DNA of 63,216 nt, filler included, from Licmophora abbreviata (lineage: Eukaryota), in NCBI GenBank assembly GCA_900291995.1. It is 9 parts of 9 records of this genome, joined end to end, with 100 filler letters (N's around TTAATTAATTAA, not from the genome) between each part and the next. Parts side by side here need not be neighbours in the genome. Positions count along the whole stretch, not along the records: positions 1 to 15,670 come from OLMU01002022.1; 8 more parts are not named here. One strand, given 5' to 3'. The notes under the pieces are model-generated. The model was given only the letters and a program-made list of their open reading frames with translations, was not told where the DNA came from and did not search any database. Made by a program: the position numbers and the translations under genes. Positions 1 to 10,082 of this stretch are shown here, one piece after another. Position 1 is the stretch's first letter, and each line of letters begins with the position of its first letter.

Positions 1-2816
1 AGCATTACAAACCTAGCTCGAGAGGTCGTCGTTGGGCAGGTATTGGCTCCTACCAAGCGTCGAGATTCGTCACACATCAAGAGGCTTGCCACGGACCGCC
101 GATATGGTGCGCCACCTCTCTTTCCGGGGATACTGAAGAAGTGGGGCGCTCTCGACGCGTTGGTTTATTGTTTACGATTCCAGCAAGCCTCCTATCATGA
201 AGTTCTCATGCCGACGAACGAAACATCGGTGGGCCTGTTAGAGAGAATAGGAACCAAGTCATGCGAGAAGTTTCTTCTATCGTGTGTCGGGATGCTGTGT
301 CAAGCGGACGACAGAGGGGAGACGGACATTATTTACGGAGAACAGCTCGTTGGCGTTTTGCTAACTATCGTACGTATTTCAACAAACAAGAGTGTTGGCA
401 TTGAGAAACTCTACAATTGGTGCTCACTATCACTTTCTTTTTCTCGCGCTTTCAGGCCCGTGGCAACGAAGATTTCTGTCGGCGGCTTCACTTTCTGCTT
501 CGCTCATTCTGTGCTACGCTTAGAAACAATCGTTTACTTGCGGTTGCGAAAGGAAGTCTTGCGAAACAAATGTCTAGAGATCCGACGCGGGTATCAGTAA
601 GCCCTCGTGCAGCACCAAGCAAGTCGTTGTTTTTGGAGGAGAGATTGGAGCCTTCTGCTCCGCACGAGGACAGATCTCCGACTTCTGTCAATGACGGGCC
701 CGTCATAGCAGTCCGGAGGGAGACGCTAAAGAAGAAGAAGTCTGTTTTTCGTGTACTGAAAAGAAAGAGTAAGAAGCATGAAGTGAAAGCTGAACCGTCG
801 GTGGCGTCCGAGTCATCTCAGAGCAGTGAAACGGCGAGCGCTCGCATGATGGTGCTACCAGTGCCGCTTGCGCAGCCCGAATTGCTCTCCCTTCCAGCTC
901 TTTTGGACAATGCGACCCAGCTTGTACGGGAACTCGATAAGATCTGTGATACGATTGAACGCTCGTTGCTCCGGTCGATCAGTCAGAAAGTCGCGAACTG
1001 GGCCCTTCAGCCGTGGTCCCCAAGCAAAGAGACGGCGCTTGCGAAAGTGACGGAAGCGATGAGAATAAATCTTTCGGCAAACGTGCCAGAAACAATGCCA
1101 ATGATGAATCCTGTCGACTCGGCCGAAGTCTTGTTGTCAGTCGATCCTAAAGAGTGCTACATCCTTCCGAGCGCCCATTTTCCACTCCTTCTAACTCTGA
1201 ACGTTGACGGGAAGGCGACCGACGGGAGAAAAACATTACTCCCGCGCCGTCAAGAGAAGTTGTATCGAACTCGTGTCGAGATCCTCAGTATGCATGGGAA
1301 TGTCGCGTTCGCAAAGAACGTTCGCCAAGGCATAGGTCGCTCATATTTTGTCCACGCGTCCGTAGCTGGCGTTGTGAAGGAATCCAGACGTAGTTCTGAC
1401 AATGGTGGATCATCGATCGACCACTCGTGGGCGAAAGGAAGCCTTTTGACGTTCGATACGAGGTCATCGTGGGGTGCCCCTCAGACGTTATCGCTTCGAG
1501 TCTCTTCGGTCGATGTTGCCTCCAGTGGCAAGGACGTGGTGGCGAAAGCTGATGACACGGGACGGCTTCATTATTCATCGGAAGTTGGATACTCATGGGT
1601 AGATCTAAAGCCAATCTGGGTTGAGGCCGACAATACGTCAAGAACTGCTTCATCGGTGTTGCAAGCCAAAGTGCTTTCCGGCGACGTGACATCTACGCAT
1701 CAGATTCCGGAGGTACGTTGGGGCTTGGTGTGTCGCTACCGCATTTGATGCAACCATTCGCTAATTTTTTTGTGCAAACGACCTCTCCGTCTGTAGCGCC
1801 TTGAGCTTAAAGTGAAGGTGACGACGGAGCTGCTAGACTTTGACGAAGTCAGCGACGAATCTCAGACTCGAAAGCGCATGCTTCTATACAAGCACGATGA
1901 CGATTTACGACAGGAGATGTTTGCGGTCGAGTTTCTCAGAACTTGCGACGCGCTGTTAAAGGCGTCCGGTCTTGATTTGAAACTCTTGACCTTTGAGTGT
2001 GTCCCTGTCGGCCTAGAGCGCGGATTTGTTGAGTGGATTCCAGGAAGCATTCCACTGAGCGAAATCTGCAGGTCGCCCTTTGTGGGAACTAGGGACGACA
2101 GAGAAACATCAACAGAGAAGATCGGCGATGTGGGGATAGATCAGTCGCTCTCAGAAGTGGCACGAGCTGGCTTTACCAAATACCAGTCGCTTCATCGCCT
2201 AGGCCCTCCCCGATCAGGAAACGGTCGGGATGCGCCTGACAACTCTATCCAGGAGTTTCTCCGAAGCGTAGCATTCGATCCTGACGAGCCATATTCGATC
2301 CGAAAAGAGGTGATGGATACGTATCTTAAGAGTTGCGCTGGGTACTGCGTTCTCTCCTACATTCTGGGTGTTGGAGATCGTCATTTGGACAACTTGTTGC
2401 TCCATCAGACTGGCCACTTTTTCCATTGCGACTTCTCTTTCATTTTGGGTAGAGACCCGAAGAAATATTCTCCGATGCGAATCACTGAAGCGATGGTGCG
2501 CGGTATGGGAGGAAGGGAAAGCGACGGGTACGCCCTGTTTTTGTCACTTGCTGGCGCAGCGTTCTGTGTCTTGCGACGCCACGAAAATGTCCGGGTCTTG
2601 CTATCTCTAGTAAGAACGATGGCAGCAGCGGATCTCCCGGATGTGTCTGTTCATCAAAGTGTGGATGAATGTGTTCAATCCATGATGCAGCGTCTGCGTT
2701 TGGAGCAATCAGACGACGAGGCCATTACCTACATGGAAAACCTCATTGAATCTTCTATTTCTTCGAAGCTATGGATTGCGGTCGATGCGATTCACTCCTT
2801 TGGAAAGCGCTTCTAG
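1..2816 (+). CDS. Phosphatidylinositol 3-kinase, Vps34/class III-like, 5' partial; exons <1-369, 456-1712, 1797-2816
   Basis: Two in-frame GT-AG introns join three ORFs. Motifs: LPSAHFP, YKHDDDLRQE, GFVEWIP, SCAGYCVLSYILGVGDRHLDN, HCDFSFILGRDPK, and a C-terminal DAIHSFGKRF like the Vps34 terminal helix. Confidence 0.85.
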
Positions 2817-3000
2817 AAAGTGAACGACAGGGCCAGCTATTTTATGTGAATATCTGTAATATTTGTAGACACGATGTTTCCCCTGAGCTGTGATAACACA
2901 TTCTCTTACGTGCTGCAGAACCGTTCTTCGTCGATCTCCTCTGCGTCTGCGGATGCTGTCGCCGCAAGTGTTACCGAACTGTACCCGCAACTATTCTTGC

Positions 3001-3732
3001 TCAATACGCGTTGTTGTTCCTGTTGTTGTTGCTCAAGCAGGCAGTACCAACAGTAATGACGGTCGCTACAAGGATCGTTTCCAGAACCAACATAGCCCCT
3101 ACGTTCGTTGGTGCCACATCTATACAGCACGTAGTAAAGCCAGCGGTCAGTATCCACACGCCGTTGAGCGCCATAAGGGCCCAGCCTAGGACATAGGCGG
3201 CTAGCGATTTGGGATTGAAGATGAACCCGTAGCCAAAGACAATGGCGGCGGCCAGATTCACTCCCGCTTGTAGTATATGGACGCGCTGGTCAGCCAGACC
3301 TGGCTTCATCATGCCGTGTTCATTCCAGAGCACGTACTGTAGCAGGAAGGCAGCGGAGAGGGCAGCGCGCGACGAGTCTACTGGTAATTTGGACTTGGAT
3401 TCGAAAACGAGGACGCATCCGACAAAGCAAAAGGAAAGGTACAAGGCAATGTGTGTCAACCGGTAAAAGAAGCCGAGCGACACGTCGGGCTCCTCAATAG
3501 CGCTCAGGCCCTCCACGAGTATGCCTATTGAGGTGCACACAATGAGAAGCCAACCTACACGCTTGAGTAGCACCAGGTTTCGTTCGGGAAGGTGCACGTC
3601 GCCGTAGGATTCGCTGTTCAGAGGCAGCTGACGATATCGCTTCACCGTGAGGCATAGAAAGAAGGCGGCGAAGCTTAAAAAGAACAACGCCGGAATGGCG
3701 TGGCCCAGGAACCGGCCCGTGCTCTTTCCCAT
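3001..3732 (-). CDS. TMEM45/DUF716-family multi-pass membrane protein
   Basis: N-terminal GRFLGHAIPALFFL, conserved His residues (THIALY, EHG, RVHILQ) and about 7 hydrophobic helices. The C-terminus may be frameshifted, with an alternative tail ending at 2906. Confidence 0.75.
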   Translation of the reverse strand: MGKSTGRFLGHAIPALFFLSFAAFFLCLTVKRYRQLPLNSESYGDVHLPERNLVLLKRVGWLLIVCTSIGILVEGLSAIEEPDVSLGFFYRLTHIALYLSFCFVGCVLVFESKSKLPVDSSRAALSAAFLLQYVLWNEHGMMKPGLADQRVHILQAGVNLAAAIVFGYGFIFNPKSLAAYVLGWALMALNGVWILTAGFTTCCIDVAPTNVGAMLVLETILVATVITVGTACLSNNNRNNNAY

Positions 3733-4095
3733 GGTCTCGAGGGAGGCAGAGAAGTCTGTGGATCGACGTGAACCAAATAAAAGGGATGGGAACTCTGAAA
3801 AAAGCTTGTGTTTCTTTGGGGCTCGAATTGTCGTTTTTAGTATATACATCAATATTTGTAATTAATGATTTTTGGAGCAAAATGAGTACCGGGCGTCTCC
3901 ATTTCAGAACTGACGACAATGCGAGCTTTTTTGTTTCTCATCCGATTTCAAGTTGCATCGGTTTTTGCATCGGTCGTCGTCGTCCATTCATACCAGTTGC
4001 CTGGTACACGCGACGATTGTCATACCTGGTATTGGCGTTGCAGAATAAAGTGTTGCAGTCGTGGCGGCAAAAAGGACACGCTGAAAATTAGCATC

Positions 4096-4983
4096 ATGAA
4101 GAGTCTCCTCTTTCTCTTTTTCGCTTGTTGGCTTCGTCCGCTTCTTGGCTTGACTGATGGCGCAAGCACACCTCGTCCGTCAACTAACAACCAAAAGGTC
4201 GAGTTTTGGAACAGTGGCACTTGTCCGTATGCACAACGCGTTTGGATTGCCTTGGTAGAAAAGGGGATTGACTTTGAGAGTCGGATTGTGAATCTTCAAG
4301 ACAAACAAGCTGACTTTCAGAAAGTCTATGCAAGCGCCAATCCGAATCCGCTGTCGTCGTCCAAGGTGCCCGTGCTGGTAGTGACGGATCGAGAAACGGG
4401 CCAAGTACAATACTTTACCGAGAGCAAGGTTATTTTGGAGGCCATCGAAGAATTGTGGGGGCAGCATCATAGTTTGGGCACTACTCCCTCACTCTTGCCA
4501 AAGAACAGTGTTGCAGCAAGAGCCAAGGCTCGTATGTTTGGAGATGTCGTGTACGACCAAGCCTTTGGTTCTACTACTCGCTCCCCGTACGCTGTGGCGA
4601 AACGCAAGGTCGATGCTGAGGAGGGTCATGTTGGAGTTTGGGATTTCGAAGCGGAACGAATTGGTTTGTGCGAGTCGTTGGCCGCCCTGGACACTTCTCT
4701 TCGCGCCTTTCATCCAGTCGGACCCTTCGTTCTGGGCGCATGTTTCAGCATGGCCGAGTGTAATGTTGCTCCGTTTGTACAACGAGCCGATGCTATACTT
4801 TCTCACTATGGCGGGTTGCATGTCATGGAGCTTTGCAAGACGGAAGGGTATGATAGAGTGGGTACTTGGTGGAAGGCTGTGTTAGAACGAGAGTCGGTGG
4901 TGGCTACTGGAAGGTCCGCAGAGGAGTACGTCGAGAGTGCCAAGCGTGTGATTGACATGATGCGAGCTCGGGACACGAAATGA
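4096..4983 (+). CDS. Glutathione S-transferase, omega/lambda-like (Cys-GST), with N-terminal signal peptide
   Basis: CPYAQRVWIAL active site, KVPVL, ESKVILEAIEE, and C-terminal GPFVLGACFSMAE. Hydrophobic leader MKSLLFLFFACW. Confidence 0.85.
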   Translation: MKSLLFLFFACWLRPLLGLTDGASTPRPSTNNQKVEFWNSGTCPYAQRVWIALVEKGIDFESRIVNLQDKQADFQKVYASANPNPLSSSKVPVLVVTDRETGQVQYFTESKVILEAIEELWGQHHSLGTTPSLLPKNSVAARAKARMFGDVVYDQAFGSTTRSPYAVAKRKVDAEEGHVGVWDFEAERIGLCESLAALDTSLRAFHPVGPFVLGACFSMAECNVAPFVQRADAILSHYGGLHVMELCKTEGYDRVGTWWKAVLERESVVATGRSAEEYVESAKRVIDMMRARDTK

Positions 4984-5532
4984 CAATGTTATGCAGGGAG
5001 GAAACATTCCGCAAACAACACTAGAGCACCCCAATTGAAAGTATTCGCGACCTGGTGCTCGAGTTGTTCGGGTTGACTGATCGCTCCTCAAACGACCGAA
5101 TCGAATGTTCTTGTTCTATTGCTTGGAAGGATCTTTCCCATCGGCCCGCATTCCGACTTTCGATCGTCGCAAGCTCTCTTATCTTTGTCATCGCCGAGCA
5201 AACGCGCAACTAGAAGAGATCCGATGTTAGAAGGGACTGATGATTTATTCGAATCACGCGTCCGTGCCAAGTATGTACATGCTGCTGACTGTTGAGGCTC
5301 CTGATTCCTTGTCGCGTCCGATTGAATTTATTTGGGCGCGCCAGATTTTTTGTCAATGCGCGATGAGATCGCAGAACTTGCCACCGACGACCCTCATTGA
5401 TTCATTGTCCGAACGAACGACGCTGTGATCCTGCCTCTGCATCCGAGTCTCTTGCTCTGTTTCGAAGTAGTTCGTGTCGAACGAGTGTCTTTGAGAAGCT
5501 GTAGCGATCCGACAACGCGCAACTACGCCATC

Positions 5533-8346
5533 ATGGACGAGACGACGCGCCGCTTCAGCTCCACCGCGCCGCGCCAAGCACTGCGCCCCACGCCTCGTGC
5601 CCCCTACAGTGGCTCTGGAACCACTCTGTCTACTACTTTCACGGCTCCTTCCACCGTCACTGAGGTGCCTCCTGATGTGATTCGTCTCCAGCAGGAGCGG
5701 CAGTATCTCGCCCAGCAAGAAGAAGCTTCCAGTCGTCGTCGCGTTGCTCACCACGAGTCGTTCGTGGATCATCCCAATGCTGCCACTAAGCGTCCACGTC
5801 TGGGCGTCAACACGGCGTTTCATCCTCCCTACGTTCCCAACACAGTCTCACCGACGGACGTGACTGATGCCTTTTCACACCACCAGCCACAGACTGACGC
5901 TGGCGACGTATCGATTGCTGGAGCAGACTTCACTGGTGGTGGAACATACGTGCAGCAGACGACTGCTGCGACTCGTCACGGCATCGCTCCAGCTATGAAG
6001 GCCCCGTCTCAAGTCATCTCCTACGTGCAAGACGAAAACAAAGAGGAGATGGATCCGGATCAGCTCCGTCACATTCTCGATACCATGTGGGAAGAACAAG
6101 CGCAATCCAAGCTCAAGAATGTTCCTTTGACTGTCATGCCGCGTGCCTTGCTCACACCACTCCTCGACCATCAGATCGAAGGCATTCGCTGGTTGCTCCA
6201 TCAAGAGACGAGTAAGGATACAGCACTGTCCATGTACACGTTTCGTGAGTATGCTACTACTGGAACGAAGCGCTGGATCTCCAAGATTACTGGCCAGCAC
6301 CTTTCTACGGAACCCAAGCCAATCCATGGGGCGATCCTTGCGGACGGTACGTTTGTGTTGATGCTTGTCGTTACATCCTGTATCGCGTGCGAATTCACAA
6401 GTACGATCCACTCGTCGTCGCTCACTATCGTCCGAACCCGTATCATCATTCTCGCATCATCACAGCCATGGGTCTCGGCAAGACCATCCAGACGCTTGGC
6501 TTGATGCTGGCCAATCCTCCTCCCATCCACACGAGAGCTCCCATGTGTACGCTCATTGTCTGTCCCGTCTCTGTCATTGGAAACTGGACGAAGCAAATTC
6601 TACAACACGTGGTGCCTGGAACGTGGCGTGTCGCCATCTACGCAGGATCAAAAGCCAAGCGCGCCAAGCTGGTTAGCACCAAGCTGCGGACCAACCAGCT
6701 GGATGTTCTCCTTGTGTCGTACGAGATGCTTCGTTCGGATTTCGTTGACCACCGGGCTGCGAAGAAGAAGAAGATGACGATGATGATGAAGCAATTTGGC
6801 GGCGCTTGTCATGGTAATGAGGGTGACGCGGCGGGTACCGCCCAGACGAAATTTGTCGGAACAGGCAAGGCTGTACGCAAGAAGATTATCATGGAAGAGA
6901 CACTCTTTGACGTGATGTTTCATCGAGCCGTCTTGGACGAGGCCCATGCGATTCGAAACTCGGCGACCGGTGTGTACCATGCCGCTAGAAAGATTCAAGC
7001 CGTAACGAAAGTGTGTTTGACTGGAACGCCCTTTGTCAATCAGCCAGGTACGAATGTGATGTGCGTATCAATCGATGTATCGTGGCGACAGGCAACACTC
7101 TAACGTAGTGACTACTTGTGTGTTTTCTCTTTTACTCGCCTTGTACAGACGACATGCATTCTCTTCTTGCCTTTCTTGGCGTCGAGTCGATCAGCGACTC
7201 CCAAATCTTTCGCGAAAAGATCACCAAGCCGATGCAAGCGGGCAAGTCCGTCGGACTTTCTCGACTCCGCACTGCCGTCGGCCAAGTCACGATGCGCCGT
7301 AGCAAGGCTACGGTCAACTTGAACATGGTCGCCAAGGAAAAGCGCCTTGTCAAGATTTCCTTCCCGGAAGGCAGTCACAAGAAGATCCACGACGACTTGT
7401 TCGTCTCGTCCAAGGTCATCTTTGATACCCTCCGCGCCAACGATGGAAAGCCTATGACGTTCAAGCACCACGGCGAGATGTTTGAATTGCTCCTGCGCAT
7501 CCGTCAGGCATGCTGCAGCGGAAGTCTTGTTCCGGTCGCCCGTCGCGTGTCCGCCATGAGGGTCGCACGCGAGGCCAGGCAGATCGAGGGAGCGCTCGAC
7601 GTCGACCAGGCCCAGTCGATGCTCCAGCGTCTCTCTGCATCCGCCCCACCGAGCGCGGACAACTCCGCAATTATGACCGCTGCCACGGGAACTCCACCGA
7701 AAATAGTTGCCCTCCTCAGACTGATCGATGAGATGAAGCCCGACGAGAAGGGTGTCATCTTCAGCCAGTGGGTGTCCTTTCTCGATATCATCCAGCGGGA
7801 GCTGGAGGCTCACGGACACTCTGTCACTCGTCTCACAGGCAGCATGACTGCCAAGCAGCGTATGCAAGCGATGGAACAGCTCAACAGGGAGGATGTAACG
7901 ATCTCACCTCGCTTGTGCCTCTGCCAGATCAAAGCGGCTGGAACGGGGATTTCGCTGGATCGAGCGAACGTCGTTTTCCTTACTGACGTCTGGTTCAACC
8001 AGGCAAGTCCATATTGCCGTTTGTGTTGCATATTTATTTGCGGACCGTGGAATAAATGACCTTATACGTCTCTAACGATTCCTTCTACTTGCTCTTTTTA
8101 TTATTCACACAGGCCGTGCACGATCACGTCCATCGCATTTCTTCGACTCGTGATGTTCGCGTCTACACGCTTGTCATGAAGGACACGATTGAGGAGCGCC
8201 TTCTCGACGTGCAGAAACGCAAGGCGACGCTCGGAAAAGGCACACTGCAGAAACTCAGTGAAGAGGAGGCGCATGACGCCAAGATGACGACGATGAAAGA
8301 TCTCTTCGACTTTGAAGAGGAAGAGGACGATGAATATAGTGTCTGA
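5533..8346 (+). CDS. SNF2-family ATPase, RAD5/RAD16/HLTF-like, degenerate; exons 5533-6346, 6466-7047, 7149-8002, 8113-8346
   Basis: LLDHQIEGIRWL, ILADAMGLGKT after splicing, TLIVCPVSVIGNW, VLDEAH, LTGTP, LLRIRQACC, KGVIFSQW and TIEERLL. The third intron is GC-AG. Confidence 0.85.
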
Positions 8347-8710
8347 GCGGCTTGCCGAGGGTCGGCCGTAGTACTGGTAGACCGGTAGGGAAGCACTTTG
8401 TTGTAGCTACTAAATTTTGGGATGAAGGATTTGGCTTTGTCGTTCGTGCGTCGAAAGGCATGGGTGCTTCTGTTACTTCAGCGATGATGAGACGACACAA
8501 TGAACATGACGATGTCGCCCGGCGTGCACAGGTTCTCTCGCTCGTCTTGCTTCGCCGGGACGATTTTCAGCGCGTGCCGCTCTGAGAGTGAAGATTGATT
8601 CGGCACATCTCTCATCAGCACCATGACGATGCATCGTTGATGGGCTTTCGTCGTACGCTTGTGCTCGGTCACGTACTCCAACTTCACTCAATTTCATCAG
8701 ATCTTGTAAC

Positions 8711-9907
8711 ATGGCCTCTCATGTCCCTACCCCGTGGTCCAAGAAGCACAAACAAGTCACAAAATCAACTTCCGGCGGCCTGAAGTTTAACCTGTCTAAT
8801 TCGTTTGCCCAGCCTCCGTCGTTGAAGGAACTCATCCAGTGGAGTGTGGAAAGGGACGATCAAGACATTGTAGATCAGTATTTTGATCATTCACTCGAAT
8901 ATTCCCCCAATGGAGGAAGTAATGATCTCAAAGAGGAAATTGCGAATCTCTACGACAACAACATTACGTCGAAACACATCTTGGTCTTTCCCGGTGCCCA
9001 AGTGGCCCTCCAGACCGCAGCTCGAGCCATTTGTACCCCCACAACGCACGCCATAACATTTTCTCCTGGATATCAATCGGTGCAGCAAGGGCCAAGTTTG
9101 GCTGGTGCAGCAGCAGTTACCAACATCGTACTTTCCCCCGACAGTGGGTGGCAAGTTGACATCGAAAAGGTCAAACGAGCCATTGAGAAAGACACCAGAT
9201 ACATAGTCATCAATCAACCATCCAATCCAGCAGGTACTGTCATGTCGCGAGAAACTCAAATTGAGCTTGTAAAGATAGCTTCAGAGCGGGGGATTCACAT
9301 TCTGTGCGATGAAGTGTACAGGCTACTAGAACACGACGCAGCCATTACTCGATTGCCAGCTATGGCAGAGTGCTACGAATACGGACTCAGCGTTGTTACC
9401 TTATCCAAGCCATGGGGTGCATGTGGCACTACGATTGGCTGGATTGCGACACGCGATATGGATCTCATGGATCGCCTGAATGATTTGCAGTACTTTGGGA
9501 CGGCGTGTCCTGCACGATGTAGTGAAGTTCAAGCGATAATGGTGTTGCGAGAGAGCGATCGGATTCTGAAACGGAATCTTGATATTATTCGACACAACAA
9601 GGCCCTACTGGTTGCATTCATGAAAGAGTACGCGGACCTGTTTACTTGGGTCGAGCCGATGGCGGGTGCCATTGCTGCCATCAAGTTTCTAGGGCCGCTC
9701 ACGTCGCAGGAGCTAGGTGCATCCTTGGCTGAAGCCGGAATAGGAATCAAGCCAGCCTACTGCTTTTCAGAATCTGTCGTTGCCGAGCTAGACTTTTTTC
9801 GTGTTGGATTTGGAGAGTCCAAGATGCCAGCCGCATTGGAAGCGCTCCGGTGCTATGTGCAAGCGCACGAGAAAGAATGGCGAGCAAGCATATCATCCTC
9901 GAATTGA
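8711..9907 (+). CDS. PLP-dependent class I/II aminotransferase-fold enzyme (bacterial VioD/aspartate-aminotransferase-like)
   Basis: Intronless 398 aa. Motifs YSPNGGSNDLKEEIANLY, NQPSNPAG, CDEVY, TLSKPWG (PLP Lys) and FFRVGFG. Confidence 0.85.
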   Translation: MASHVPTPWSKKHKQVTKSTSGGLKFNLSNSFAQPPSLKELIQWSVERDDQDIVDQYFDHSLEYSPNGGSNDLKEEIANLYDNNITSKHILVFPGAQVALQTAARAICTPTTHAITFSPGYQSVQQGPSLAGAAAVTNIVLSPDSGWQVDIEKVKRAIEKDTRYIVINQPSNPAGTVMSRETQIELVKIASERGIHILCDEVYRLLEHDAAITRLPAMAECYEYGLSVVTLSKPWGACGTTIGWIATRDMDLMDRLNDLQYFGTACPARCSEVQAIMVLRESDRILKRNLDIIRHNKALLVAFMKEYADLFTWVEPMAGAIAAIKFLGPLTSQELGASLAEAGIGIKPAYCFSESVVAELDFFRVGFGESKMPAALEALRCYVQAHEKEWRASISSSN

Positions 9908-10082
9908 ATTCAGTTTTCCTTTAGAGACCGTGTTGTGTACTATTTTGGAGGACTGTCCGATAAGACAGATCACTGTTGTCTTAATCCACAAACGGAAGCG
10001 CACCATGATCCCGTGTAGGATCAACAATCATCGAATCAAATTGACGGGCCTGTCATCGAGCACATGTGGCTATGATAGTTGT

